From IMG/VR virus record IMGVR_UViG_3300035490_000050, positions 1-64,000 of that record: DNA of 64,000 nt; one strand, 5' to 3'. This document shows positions 18,922 through 30,589 of the stretch, one piece after another. Origin of the DNA: a virus. Below the pieces are notes generated by a model. That model was not told the origin of the DNA. It worked only from the letters and a program-made list of their open reading frames with translations, and searched no databases. The position numbers and the translations under genes are program-made. The stretch's first letter is position 1; every line of letters starts with the position of its first letter.

Positions 18922-21612
18922 ATGGCGTACCCTGTAACCAACGATGCGTTTAACCCAAACAAAGCTATTCTTGAGCAGCTACAACTTGCTTTTTGGACCA
19001 CAATCAAGCAGAATTACCCGCCGATAGGAGAGAACGCAAAGTTACGCATCCAAGAGCTATCGTACTCTGTCGATGAAGTTGCGATGACGGTGAATACGTG
19101 GATTCTTGACGGCCATAAGATAGACAGAATTGAGCCTGAGTCGATTGACTTTCCTGCAACGCCATGGGATTTTGTGAAACAGGAATATGCTCCGAAATGG
19201 TTCCTTGAACGGTACCCAGTGAAGTATAAGACGACAGTAGTCAACAGGAACATTCACAAGCATTTCGTCTGCCCACACATCAACATCAAAGAAGATCGGT
19301 ATCCTCACATCGTATGGATGTACGAGCATAGCGGACAAAAAAAGGATTAACCAATGGACGCGGACGAACTGAAAGATTACGTGTGGACGCGAGAGCCTAT
19401 ATGCTGCTGCACAGGCAACGGAAAACCTGTCTTACTTGAGGGCCAGATGGTTATATTCCGTAGTCTAGGATGCCGAGTCCATAAATCTTCAATAAGTGTA
19501 ACAAGCAAACCTCTGAGTGCGGAGACGATAGTTGGGAATTGGAAAGAGAGGGAGTAAATGGAAAAGATTTGTTTGCATAAGTACGAGTATGATCCTGTTC
19601 GCAAAGGATTTTATTGCGTATACTGCGGGAATCCGATGCCGGAAAAGGTGCTTGAGGTGCCGTTCTAATGACTCCAGAGCAACTAAGTATCCTCCAGCAC
19701 TCGCTAGGCGTGGATAAATATGGCCTTGGTGAGCAGTATCGCAATCACTACGTTGGCGGCGCTGAGGAATGTCGTCCATTAGTAGAGATGGGCTACATGA
19801 CAGAGCACAAAACCAGTGAGATAACAGGCGGCGATCCTCTGTTTACCGTCACGATAATAGGAAAGCAAGCTATGCGTTTAGAGAGTCCTAAGCCGCCGAA
19901 GATAACGCGGAGCCAGCAGAGAATGATTGACTATAGAGCCTTTGCCGATGCATGGGACTGCACGTTCAAAGAGTTCCTTCAAGTGCAAAAGACGGAGTGG
20001 TATAAGCGTATGAAGGATGGCAAGCCACTTCCTTCAATCTTTGATGGTATATGATGCCTCCTATTTGGATACTAGAGGAGTCTCTTGACGGCGGGAAGAC
20101 GTGGCGAGTGAGTAGTCCTTACCAAGTCTACAAGCGCAAGGAATCAGGTGAAAAGCGTCTTGAAACCTACAAAGGTTGGCGATGGATGTACAGGATAACG
20201 GAATACAAAGCAGTAGTGGAGGAAAAATGAGCGATCCATTCACAAGAGAGAAGTGCGGTATCTGCGGGGAAACGTTTGAGGTTCCGATGGAGCGTAGTCG
20301 TCGCGCAGGATGGATTCCAAAATCTGCAACTTTGTCATTTACCTATATGGAAGATGATGGGTATTATCAAGAAAACGTATGCGGCAATTGCTATGACGCG
20401 GTAAATGAGGCCGTAGAAAAGACTGTGGAGAATCTCAAGAAAGGGAGAGGACCAGATGACAGACGAAAAGATAGTGATGTATGACAGCCCTGAAGCGGCT
20501 ACTCGTGTAGATATGCCGGGGTGGTTATCGCGCTTGGGACACTTCTATCCTGGAAACCACGCAAGCAGCGAGCATGGCGCTAGGTGGTCAGGCTGTACGC
20601 ACCAAAAATGCGAGTGCGGGAACATATTTGAGCATGGTCGTGTGCGTTGCAATTCCTGCCAAGCGAAAATAGACTGCGATAAGTATTACGCGCTCCCTGT
20701 GGCCGATTGGGACGAAGTAACGCCAGTCTGTGACTACAAGAGCGACAATTACTTTTGGGATCGTGAGGACGTTCTTGAACATCTCTTCGACGTTTGGGAG
20801 GATGCACAAAAGAACGGCTATGAACCTGAATCACGTCTAGTCCTCTGCGAACCTCGTTACCTGCATCCTATTGATTGCGAAACATGGTCAGATGATCTTG
20901 CCGATGAAGGAGAACTTTCAGACGAAGTAGGAGCCGCTGTAGACGCTCTTAACGCCGTCCTCAAGGCGCAGGGACCATCGTGCTGGTATCCCGGCAAGCA
21001 GAGGATAAACATGGAGCCTTTGTGGGCCGAGTTGAAGGCGGATTTAGCGAAAGAAGCGGAAAATGCAAAGTGAGAAGATCGAAAAGATCGTAGACCTCGC
21101 CGCAACTCTAGCCTCAAAAGCCGATGATATAGATCAAGTGCTGGTCATCTATCGGCTTAAGGAGGGAGTAGAGGATGCAACGCATGGCTCTCTCGACAAC
21201 GATCTTGAATTGAGGGATTCTCTGTGGTTGGTAGAGGCGTTCAAGTTCTGGCTGCAAGCTGGAGCATACGGTTTGCTTAAGGCTAAGGATAATGACTGAA
21301 AAATGGGGCGTGATCGACGTTCGTGACGAAGACGGAAGGTTCATCGCCTACCACGTAATGCCTGTAGTCCTGAGCAAAGGCGAGTGGATGATGACCGATT
21401 CCCATGAGTTGAGCGAGAACTGCCAGTGCAATCCGTTTCTATCTCACGGTAACGGCGGATGGCCGCTATGGAATCATTTCGATCCAAACTTTCCTGGCGC
21501 TCTGAGCGCAGAGGAATTTAACCAGAAGGCTCAGGAAGCGGAAAAGGAGTGGGAAGCGATGCAGAGGTTGGAGATTGAGGCAGAAAAAGCAGCGGGACAG
21601 GAGAAAATGTGA
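18922..21612 (+). other. Cluster of hypothetical genes (18922-19350, 19354-19557, 19668-20054, 20054-20230, 20227-20484, 20456-21073, 21063-21299, 21292-21612)
   Basis: Coupled ORFs with RBSs; 20054-20230 (58 aa) read by hand. Confidence 0.65.
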
Positions 21613-22034
21613 AGAGTAAACCAAAGGAAACCATTCAACCAAAGACTCCAGAGCAGATCATGGAGCAACTACAGGCCGATCTCAAGCACTGGCAGAGAGA
21701 GTTGCGCTTAGATGATGTTGATATTGAAATCCGTTGGCTTAACAGGGATGAGCGTCACGAGAAACTAGGATATTTTGACGATTTATCTTTAGCGCAGCTA
21801 TATTCTATCGGCATCAGACATCCAGAACACCGAACAATGGCAGGACTTCGGCATTTTAACGCAGATTACGAAGTTATACTTGTCCATGAACTTATACACG
21901 CCCGGAATAGCAGGTGGTACACCACCGAAATCGCCGAAATTATTGAAGAAGAGCTTGCTAATAGTCTCTATGAGGTATCTCTTGACGCTATTGCTGAGGC
22001 TCTGGTACGCGCTAGGAGGGGGATAACGAGATGA
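21609..22034 (+). CDS. Putative HExxH zinc metallopeptidase-like protein
   Basis: ILVHELIH motif followed by a downstream Glu-containing helix. Confidence 0.6.
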   Translation: MKSKPKETIQPKTPEQIMEQLQADLKHWQRELRLDDVDIEIRWLNRDERHEKLGYFDDLSLAQLYSIGIRHPEHRTMAGLRHFNADYEVILVHELIHARNSRWYTTEIAEIIEEELANSLYEVSLDAIAEALVRARRGITR

Positions 22035-22578
22035 GCAAAAAAATCGAAGTACCTGAAGGAATGTCGAATGCGGTTCGTGAGGCGACTCACGGATACGATG
22101 CTCAGACCGTAAATATAGGCGTCGAAGCGGCTCTTCGCTGGATGGATGAAGAACTTCAAAAACTCAAAGAAACCGTTTCCCACAAGCAAGCCAAACCGGA
22201 AGCGTATAAGGCGGCCATTCAAGATGTGCGCCGCATGTTTCTTGCGCCGGAGCCGGAAGTGCCAGAGGCGATCCAAGATTTGTGGGATGCAAGCCCTACC
22301 CCAGATACAAAGAGACGTACAATCGAAGCCTACCGGCGCGGTAAGGAATCCAGTAAAAAATGAAGACTCCAGATGAACGCCGAGCGACCGTAGCCGACTG
22401 TCTACGCCGCAGGAAAATAAGGCTAAAGAGCATAAACCTATGCCAAGACTGCGGTAATCGGCCCCCGTTTGAAGATAAAACGCTTTGCATAGACTGTTTG
22501 GAGTCGAGACGGAAACTGGGAAGAGAACACAGGGCGCATGAGAAAGAACTTGACAAAGCATCGAAAAGCGCATACTAA
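22031..22578 (+). other. Two hypothetical genes (22031-22363; 22360-22578, Zn finger CQDCG...CIDC)
   Basis: ATGA overlaps. Confidence 0.6.
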
Positions 22579-22595
22579 AGAGAAAGGATGCAAGC

Positions 22596-22880
22596 ATGGG
22601 ACGGCATAAAAAAGACCCTACGCCTACAATCGAAATGAAGCAGAGAGCGGCGGAGTGGAGACGCTTTCGGACAGATAATCTGTTGAGTCAAAAGAGGTTA
22701 AGTGAGGTAATAGAAATCTCCAGACGAACAATTCAGAACATCGAGGCGGCGCAGGAGTGCTCACCGCATCAGAGGGTTTTGGATGCTTTTGCGGCTTTGC
22801 AAGCACGGTACGAGCGCGAAGGAAAGAAAACCGGCAAACGTAAAACGAAGAAAAATCACCATGACGAAGGAGAGTTCTAA
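22596..22880 (+). CDS. XRE/Cro-family HTH regulator
   Basis: RFRTDNLLSQKRLSEVIEISRRTIQNIE. Confidence 0.8.
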   Translation: MGRHKKDPTPTIEMKQRAAEWRRFRTDNLLSQKRLSEVIEISRRTIQNIEAAQECSPHQRVLDAFAALQARYEREGKKTGKRKTKKNHHDEGEF

Positions 22881-23344
22881 TGGCAGATGTAATGATTGAG
22901 GGTTTGAGCGGCAGCGAAGTGATCGAAGACATTTTAGCGCAAATCAAGCGCAAACTACAGACTTCATGCGATTTGCGAGAGGCTGATTCGTATGGTCAAG
23001 GATACTCAGGCGAGATAAAAATCAGCCTGAAACTGTACGGAATGGATGCTCTTCCTGCCGAATTCACGGTCGATATTAAGCCGAAAGAGTTGCCGCCAGT
23101 CTCGACTGAGACGACCATCGTAACGCCGCTGGAAATCCAAGAAAGCATCACAATCGAGCAGGAATTGGACCTTGAGGCTGTTCGTGAGCGCCTCCATGAG
23201 CCTGCACCGCTGCCACCCGTAAGCGAAGAAGAGGAAAACAGGATGCCGCAAAGACTCAAGAGAAAGTACACCAAGCGCACAGGTGTTCCAAGCCTTGAGA
23301 TGACTGCTGCTGGCGGAGCGGTAAGCCTAGACGAAGCATTCTAG
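22880..23344 (+). CDS. Hypothetical protein
   Basis: GGAG RBS, TAATG coupling. Confidence 0.7.
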   Translation: MADVMIEGLSGSEVIEDILAQIKRKLQTSCDLREADSYGQGYSGEIKISLKLYGMDALPAEFTVDIKPKELPPVSTETTIVTPLEIQESITIEQELDLEAVRERLHEPAPLPPVSEEEENRMPQRLKRKYTKRTGVPSLEMTAAGGAVSLDEAF

Positions 23345-23362
23345 CGCAGGTAGCTAGAAACT

Positions 23363-23443
23363 CTGCCGCTCCGTTAAGGTGTAAGCTCGACTCCCAGTTT
23401 GCAAGCCTTCGGCGACTCGCTGGCGCAATCGGGCAAGCGGCAG
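23363..23443 (+). other. Intergenic stem-loop structure (candidate cis-regulatory RNA)
   Basis: CTGCCGCT/AGCGGCAG closing stem with inner CCG/CGG, CCAG/CTGG and GCC/GGC pairings. Confidence 0.4.
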
Positions 23444-23468
23444 GATAAAGATTCATCGGGAGGGAACA

Positions 23469-23645
23469 ATGGAAGCGTTGAATGTAGGCGTGAAGTATTT
23501 GGTTTTGGTTGACCAAGACGTAGTTGGTCCTGACGGTGTTGCGGAAAAACTCAAAGAGGCGGGAATTGAAGCGGTAGTTTTGGGTATTCCTACACTTCGT
23601 GAAGTCATTCAGTTCTACGCAATACTTGATGGAACCGCAAAGTAG
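23469..23645 (+). CDS. Small hypothetical protein (58 aa, not in ORF track)
   Basis: GGGAGGG RBS; MEALNVGVKYLVLVDQD... Confidence 0.6.
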   Translation: MEALNVGVKYLVLVDQDVVGPDGVAEKLKEAGIEAVVLGIPTLREVIQFYAILDGTAK

Positions 23646-23672
23646 TGATTCATCGGGAGAGGGAACGGAAGT

Positions 23673-24431
23673 ATGAGTGAACCATCTGCACGAGGGTCAA
23701 ACGGCGGGGTTGCTAGAGCCGCAAAGCTGACGAAAGAGCAGCGCAGCGCGATAGCGGTAATGGCGGCAAAAAAGCGATGGGCAAAGCCAAGAGAAATAAC
23801 AGAGCAAGAGCTAAAGGTTGGCATTGCCCAAATCTCGGATGGATTGAAAGAAGTATTAGTTTCAGCAGCCGCTCAAATCGCCCCACAAGCCGCTCCAGTA
23901 CCTCAACCTACGCCTATCTACATTCCTCCCCCTCCAGACCCTCCCAAGGCCGTCCAGAAGCGCAGGAAGCCTATGGTAAAGGAGTTTGGGCAGGCATATT
24001 CTCGCGCTGAAAAGCTGCTAGAAGAGGCTCTCAAGAAACGCTCAGATGCCGTCAAGATAATCATTGCCTGCAATGAAGACATTCCGATGTACGTGAATGT
24101 AATCAAGTCGCTTGGAGGTACGGTAGACCCACAGGCTATGAGAGCGGTTGATATAAGATCTCTCGACGGTGCATCCACTGCACAGAACATGAATTTTTAC
24201 CAACCTCCCCAATATCAGCAGCCTCAAACTATTCCATCCCAAGACGTTAACCCTATTGACCCCGCGCTCTACGCAACAAACTCCAACCCGTTACCTGGAC
24301 TATCCCCTGCAATAGCGAATGCCCCTGTAGTTCTCAACAAGCCTTTAGGAGGGGCAATAGACCTTGGTTACACGCCTGTTGATGAGGACGCAGGTCCAGG
24401 TTTGCCGAACATGGGCGGCGGCTGGGCGTAA
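23673..24431 (+). CDS. Protein with an N-terminal GGxARAAKLTxEQRSxIA...AAxKRW motif
   Basis: Motif typical of small basic nucleic-acid-binding modules; Pro/Gln-rich remainder. Confidence 0.65.
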   Translation: MSEPSARGSNGGVARAAKLTKEQRSAIAVMAAKKRWAKPREITEQELKVGIAQISDGLKEVLVSAAAQIAPQAAPVPQPTPIYIPPPPDPPKAVQKRRKPMVKEFGQAYSRAEKLLEEALKKRSDAVKIIIACNEDIPMYVNVIKSLGGTVDPQAMRAVDIRSLDGASTAQNMNFYQPPQYQQPQTIPSQDVNPIDPALYATNSNPLPGLSPAIANAPVVLNKPLGGAIDLGYTPVDEDAGPGLPNMGGGWA

Positions 24432-24502
24432 GGAATAAATATTGTTTCTTTTTGCTCACCACAGATTCACAGAACTGATGTAGACTTTGAATCGAGGCGC
24501 TC

Positions 24503-25030
24503 ATGAGCCACGAAGAAAAAGAGATTTTGAAACGCCTGTTGCGGGAGTCCAAAGAGAACTCTGAGGAGATTGCCCGTATTCTCGAAATCATTAGAAAGAT
24601 TGAGCGCGAAGTGCGCCCACACCCTCAACCCCTCACCGCTTCCATCGCAGTCCAATTCTCAGGAGAATCTTCCATGCCGAACAATGCATTGACTTTGAAC
24701 GTAGGACAAACTTCTCAGGCGTCCATCTTGCCGCTTTTGGCCGATGGCGTTACTCCTTCGGGCGGCACACTCTCTGCTGTCTCGTATGTGTTTGCCGATC
24801 CTTCGGCAACGGTAGTTCTAAACGCGGATGGCTTGACCGCTACCGTGACCGGCGTAGCTCCATCCGTGGGCGCAGTGACCGGCACGGCGACTGCCACGGT
24901 GACGGATACCGATCAGGCAGTCTTCACGTTCTCTCAGGCTTTCACAGTGACCACGCTTGCGGTGACGCCTCCGCCTCCAGCGCAGTTGACGCAGAGCATC
25001 GCTGTCCAGTTCACAACTCCAACCCCATAA
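24503..25030 (+). CDS. Ig-like beta-sandwich protein with N-terminal coiled coil; possible internal start at 24674
   Basis: Thr/Val/Ala-rich beta pattern (DPSATVVLNADGLTATVTGVAP); AGGAG before ATG 24674. Confidence 0.6.
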   Translation: MSHEEKEILKRLLRESKENSEEIARILEIIRKIEREVRPHPQPLTASIAVQFSGESSMPNNALTLNVGQTSQASILPLLADGVTPSGGTLSAVSYVFADPSATVVLNADGLTATVTGVAPSVGAVTGTATATVTDTDQAVFTFSQAFTVTTLAVTPPPPAQLTQSIAVQFTTPTP

Positions 25031-25115
25031 CCTGTTTCTCGCATGACGACCGCCCTTGACAATTTACCTGTTGAGGGCGGGTGTGTTTGTGGTATATCTG
25101 TTGAGGAGAGGGAAC

Positions 25116-25666
25116 ATGACGCCAGAGGACAAGAAAAAAGAATGTGATCGCATCTGCGGACCTTATTTTAGCGAGAAATCACGCAAAGAGGGGCTACATG
25201 AGACAAAATCTCTGGACTTGGACGCTGCCGATACCTGTCCGATTCTGAGGGATTTATGGCTAACGAAGAAAAGGGTCTATGTATGACCAAAGAGCAAAAC
25301 GACCGTCTTGTGGTAGCATGGGAGTTGATTGCAAAGTCTTTAGAGGGTCTGCATGAAGAAGTCAGAAAAGCAGGAAAACGATATTGGCCCGAACCAGGAC
25401 AGCAAAGAGAGTCCGTCCTCACGCGGGTTGAAACCGAAGAGGATAGAGCAAAGAAAAACCTTGGACTCGCAGACGAGTCAATCTCAATTAACGAGTGGCT
25501 CGACATTGGAGACCCCGAATCCGAATCCTATATTGGAGAGCGCACAGCACAATGGTTGCGAGATCACCCCAAAGAAAGCAAGGAAGTCAAAGTCGTTGAT
25601 GCCGGTGCCGAAGAATCTGGAAAGCAGGACTCTCCAAGCCCTAAAAAGACTAAAAGTAAAGCCTGA
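25116..25666 (+). other. Two hypothetical genes (25116-25286, 25283-25666)
   Basis: RBSs and ATGA overlap. Confidence 0.55.
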
Positions 25667-26246
25667 ATCTCTCATAGCGTCTCCCCCACTCACTCCGATG
25701 TTGAAAACGACCGTCAAGGGTGGCTTAAAGGCTGCTCTTGACGCGATGCGTTTTGCGACGGATGATACAGAGATTAAGGCGTTCTTAAAGGTTTACGATA
25801 AGGTTCCTATAGGCGACAGGGAATGTTTGTCATGGGAAGCGATGTCCATAGCCGCAAAGGTAAACATAAAGCATCTTCTAGGAGCAATCCAGTTGGCTGT
25901 ACAGACCCACTGCTGGAACCGGAGCAGGTTTATTGCGGTATCCAACCATCCCGACGTAACGAAATCAAGAGTAAAATATGCGAAGATGGCTGGAGGGGAG
26001 AAGGACAGGACAGCGTTGGATATTGCGCTAGGAATCATGCAATCTCCGAAGGGACCGACATTCATTGGCACGCAGCAGGTAGCCGTGTTTCGTGGTGGTG
26101 GGCAAGGTAAAGCTAAAGATGAGGACGATGGGAAGACAGTCGATGCGGAGTATACAACCAACAATGATTTTGACGACCTCTTCCCACCTCCAACCGATAT
26201 TCAAGATAAGCTAATTCCGATCAGACAGAGACTATTGGAGGGGTAA
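25599..26246 (+). CDS. Putative terminase small subunit
   Basis: Position upstream of TerL; helical protein with acidic tail; start uncertain. Confidence 0.45.
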   Translation: MPVPKNLESRTLQALKRLKVKPESLIASPPLTPMLKTTVKGGLKAALDAMRFATDDTEIKAFLKVYDKVPIGDRECLSWEAMSIAAKVNIKHLLGAIQLAVQTHCWNRSRFIAVSNHPDVTKSRVKYAKMAGGEKDRTALDIALGIMQSPKGPTFIGTQQVAVFRGGGQGKAKDEDDGKTVDAEYTTNNDFDDLFPPPTDIQDKLIPIRQRLLEG

Positions 26247-26492
26247 TTGATCCGATTTATAGACCTTGGCAAACAGATAGCGCAGGACAAGGACGATCCT
26301 GACTGGCCGCGAGAGTTCGCGTTATATGACACACTACAGGCTTCATTCCTATGCTTTGGTGGTCAACAGGTCTTTGATAGCCAAAAAGATTTACTCGAAA
26401 ATATGGACGACAACGACCAATCTTACATGAAAAAGGTCTTGAGCGTTCTTCCTGAGTGGGTTCCGAAGGCTAACGGGACGATGGTTAGGTAG
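26247..26492 (+). CDS. Hypothetical protein
   Basis: TTG start after GGAGGGG. Confidence 0.6.
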   Translation: MIRFIDLGKQIAQDKDDPDWPREFALYDTLQASFLCFGGQQVFDSQKDLLENMDDNDQSYMKKVLSVLPEWVPKANGTMVR

Positions 26493-26496
26493 ACTT

Positions 26497-28647
26497 ATGT
26501 ATAGCCCAAAGATCATCGAACAAAATCTAAACTTTTTTGCCGCAAAAGAAGGGTGGATGCCGACCCATCACACCTTCAATGAAGTTGTAGAGTTCACGAA
26601 TTACATTAAGTCTATAACCACCCTAGCAAGCAATTCCAAAGGCGCATGGATCGATAAGGTAGCTCCCCTCACCGACAAGAGACGTGCGGAGATACGACGC
26701 TGGATATTGAATGAGCAGGTACTCTGCTCTCTCTCTTACCACTACTGGCGTGATAATTACGCTTATTGCGTTGACGAAGGTGGGCAGATTAAGAAGTTCA
26801 AAAATAGGAGATCGCAAGACGTTTTCGATTCGATTGTTGCTGAGTTAGAAGAGAAACAGGCGGGTATACAGATTTTATGTCTGAAAGCCCGCCAAATCGG
26901 GATCACGTCTCTCGTAGCTTTGTACTTCATGCACAGGATGCTTTTTGTACCTAACGTCTTAGCTGTTATGGCGTCCGTACAAAAGGAAAAGTCAGAAGAG
27001 ATTGAGGTAAAACTAAACACAGCATACGACATGTGTCCGTTTTGGTTGATTCCTCCAAGGACTCCGAAGAGAGGATTTTCAAACGGATCACGTCTCAATA
27101 TTGAATCCGGTATGCAGCCGAAAGGTATTGCACAAGGAAAGAGTCCTACCTTAATCCACATCTCAGAGCTTTCTCTTATCCCTAATCCTCACAACACTAT
27201 TGAGGAAGGATTGCTACCTGCTACTCACCCGACGAAAAACCTATTTATGGTATTCGAGAGTACAGGATCGGGAAACGTTGGATGGTTTGCTGATTTCTGG
27301 AGATCGCAGAAAGAAAAGTGGCCTCTAAATACAGGAAGAATGTGCCCTATATTCCTATCGTGGCCTCTAGCAACCGATCTTTATCCTGAAGCTGATTGGA
27401 TGAGGCAGCACCCTGTCCCGGCAGGATTCTATGAGAGACGCCTAGACGCAACGAAGGCTCATATAACACGCTGCGAGTCGTACATTAGAAACACCCCATA
27501 TCTAGCCAAAGTTGTAGGTTCGGATTATCGTGTTCCAATCGAACAGCAGTATTGGTGGGAAATTGAGTATGCTCAGGCAAAGGAAAGACATTCATTACAG
27601 CAGCACGCTGCACGTTTACCTGCCGATGACTTTGAGGCTTTAACCGGAGTACATGATAGTGTCTTTGACCAAGAGACAATCATGGAACTGGAAGACGATA
27701 TTTACGAGATTAAGAGTGATGGGAAAAAGGTCCGCAAAGAACCATTCCACGCCTATGCGATCACAGGACATTCCATTTTAGAAGAGTTCGATCCAAGTGA
27801 ATCTCAAATAGACTACAGCAAAGAAGTCATTCACTTAACCCATAAATCAAATCGAGATGAACGATACGATTGGGAACTTGTTCCTTTGCTTCCGATAGAC
27901 GAAGAAACCGAAAGCTATACATTCGACAGGCTTCTTGTTTATGAGCCTCCGCAAAGAGGAGCTTTGTATAGCTGTGGAGTCGATACTGCGCACGGTCTAG
28001 GTCACGAGGATGAGGATAGATTCTGCGCATCCATGACAAGAGTTTCAAGCGGATCGGGTTGCGATTTTCAAGCCGCAGAGCTTACATCTTTGAGATTCAG
28101 CCCCGCGCAAGCAGTTCCTTTCCTAGCGGCTATGGCGACGTGGTACGGACAAGTATCTGGACATTATAGGGGAGTGAAGTTCTCAATCGAACAGGTCGAA
28201 GGACCAGGAGATACCTGCCAGAACCAATTAAAGATTATGGGTTTCAACTGGCACCATACTCCAGGAAGGCTAGATGGTAAGAAAGTAAAGGACGAAAACA
28301 AGCATCGGGAAGGATGGTATTCCAACAAAGTCACTGTACCTATTTTGATGGATCGATTTATTGAGGCTGTAAATGGAGGTTGGTACGTTCCTTACTCCAA
28401 GTGGCTGATAGAGGAGTTGAAGACTCTTGAGCGCCATACGAAAGACGGCGGAAGAGACGTTATGACGCACCAAAAGAACAAGCATGACGACAGGATACGT
28501 GCTGCTGCACAGAGCTATTTGAACTGCCATACTTACGATGATCTATCCGCACGGTCGCAAAAGAGGTACAATGTTCCAAGCAAGAAGAAAACAGACCCCA
28601 ATAAGGGTAGGTGTATGTCGAACACATTCTCAGTTGGAGATTGGTAG
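26497..28647 (+). CDS. terL: Terminase large subunit
   Basis: Walker A LKARQIGITS, Walker B IHISE, FEST coupling motif, nuclease GVDTAHG and HDDRI. Confidence 0.92.
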   Translation: MYSPKIIEQNLNFFAAKEGWMPTHHTFNEVVEFTNYIKSITTLASNSKGAWIDKVAPLTDKRRAEIRRWILNEQVLCSLSYHYWRDNYAYCVDEGGQIKKFKNRRSQDVFDSIVAELEEKQAGIQILCLKARQIGITSLVALYFMHRMLFVPNVLAVMASVQKEKSEEIEVKLNTAYDMCPFWLIPPRTPKRGFSNGSRLNIESGMQPKGIAQGKSPTLIHISELSLIPNPHNTIEEGLLPATHPTKNLFMVFESTGSGNVGWFADFWRSQKEKWPLNTGRMCPIFLSWPLATDLYPEADWMRQHPVPAGFYERRLDATKAHITRCESYIRNTPYLAKVVGSDYRVPIEQQYWWEIEYAQAKERHSLQQHAARLPADDFEALTGVHDSVFDQETIMELEDDIYEIKSDGKKVRKEPFHAYAITGHSILEEFDPSESQIDYSKEVIHLTHKSNRDERYDWELVPLLPIDEETESYTFDRLLVYEPPQRGALYSCGVDTAHGLGHEDEDRFCASMTRVSSGSGCDFQAAELTSLRFSPAQAVPFLAAMATWYGQVSGHYRGVKFSIEQVEGPGDTCQNQLKIMGFNWHHTPGRLDGKKVKDENKHREGWYSNKVTVPILMDRFIEAVNGGWYVPYSKWLIEELKTLERHTKDGGRDVMTHQKNKHDDRIRAAAQSYLNCHTYDDLSARSQKRYNVPSKKKTDPNKGRCMSNTFSVGDW

Positions 28648-28660
28648 ACGGGAGAGGGCA

Positions 28661-30589
28661 ATGAACCACGACGTATTGATGGCCGTTTTTATGCTTGTTA
28701 CGATCCCACCTTTGTTAGTTATCATGTGGTGGAGTAGAAAAGGACTACAGGGAATAGATTGGGAGCATCGGTTTGAGGTCAGGGAAAGGTTGCTTATGGC
28801 AAGACTTCCTCATGCTATCACCCTATGGCGTAACTTATTGGAGGCGTTTCGTGACAATAAGCCGGAAGAAGAAAAGAAGAAGTGTGCAAAACAGGTTTAC
28901 GACTACATCGAACTCATGACAAAATAACGGGAGGGGAAAATGGGCATAATCAAGTGGTTTAACGACAGGTGGAACAAGCCAGAGGAAGCGGCGCAGGAGG
29001 CTCCAAAGGTTGAACCTGAGCCTGTTTTGAGCGACTTTGACCGCGTAAAGAACTACTTTGCATCTGGCGGCAAAATTGTAGACCTAACGAACAGGCCGCG
29101 CATCGAAGGAGACGGTTTTGCTCCAGATCACGAACTCCTGACGCCTTTTAATCGGGCGCATGAAGGAACGAAGGCTGGACTGAACTCTCTGGTGAGAGGT
29201 AAGAGATGAGTGATAGAGCAAAAGCCTTCATAGTCGTCTTAGATTCTGACCTAAGCGAAGAGGAATCTGAAACAACACGTCAAGCACTGCTTCATTTTCG
29301 CGGTGTTATAAACGTTAAACCTCACATTCACGATATTGCCGATGTGATCGCACAGGACCGAGCGAAATACAAACTTTCCACCGCGATATACGAATTTCTA
29401 AGGGACTGGAAATGAAGTTTCTCAAACTTACCAAGCGCCTAAACGAGCACGAGAACTGCGTATGCTTATGGACTAGGTGGTTTACAGTTATTTGGGACCG
29501 TGGCTCTATCCAGTGCCGTGGAACTGATGAATTTGAGTTGGTGATAAAGTATCGCGCTTGGGGTCCGGTTCTGTACTGGGGCAATAGGGACATTGAGAAG
29601 CTAGGCGAACGTTCCAAGTTCGACAGGCTCCAGTGGACAAAGATTCAACCTCGTTACGCCGAACTCAGGAAGCGCAGGATAGATGAGAGAGATTATTATG
29701 AGCGCAAGGAACAGGATGTAAGGCTAGGAAAAAGGAAGAATCCTGCGGACATGGATTACAAAGAACGGCATGAGGCCACAATGGAAGCCGTCAGGAAAAT
29801 GAAATTTACGGACAACTTTATGCATTTAATGACCACTCCTGTCGCTAAACTGGCATTGGAGCGTGGGGAAGTAGTCGAGGATATTGACTTCGACGGTACG
29901 CATACAGGAAAGTTTTTGACGCAGGAATGGTTTGATAAAGACAAACAGAAATACGTTCCTGTCGGCCTTCCGAATGGTGGTATTCTAGGGTTCAAGCGTT
30001 CGGAGACGGGCGAAGGATACGGGACAATAAACGTTCCCGGAGCGGAGTTGAGGCAGGTTTCTAGCGGTCAAATGGACAGGATGAAATTGGAGGATGGGAA
30101 ATGATTACCAAAGACACTGAATTGATGACACCGGAGCAACGCGACGCGGTAGAACGCGCCAGAAAAAACGCACCGCCAATCGAGATTTTCGTGGAGATAG
30201 CGAAATCTATTCATCAAACCATTCCAAATGTAGATGATAGACCGGGATGGAGACATGGCGCAACGAGGATGATCACACGTATCGGGGGAGTAAATGCTTA
30301 TGAAATCGAAGACGGCTTAGCTCCTTCCGATCTTAACCTTTCCAAGATTGACTACATTGTGTTCTATCGCCAAGCAGTAAAGAATAAACACACTGGAGAG
30401 GTAAAATACTTTGCCACTTGGGTTCCTTTTGGATCAGTGTCAGAGGTTCACCACGGTCAAACGATTGAAATAAAAGGTGACGGAATCTCTATTGAGTGGG
30501 ACCGTGAGGACGTGGAAGAAAAAGCGAGAGAATCGTTTCTTAAGCTGCAAGAGATGTGCGAGGAGTTCTACAACCGGGAGGATGTGTGA
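28661..30589 (+). other. Five genes inserted between TerL and portal (28661-28927 with TM, 28940-29209, 29206-29415, 29412-30104, 30101-30589)
   Basis: Coupled ORFs with RBSs. Confidence 0.65.
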
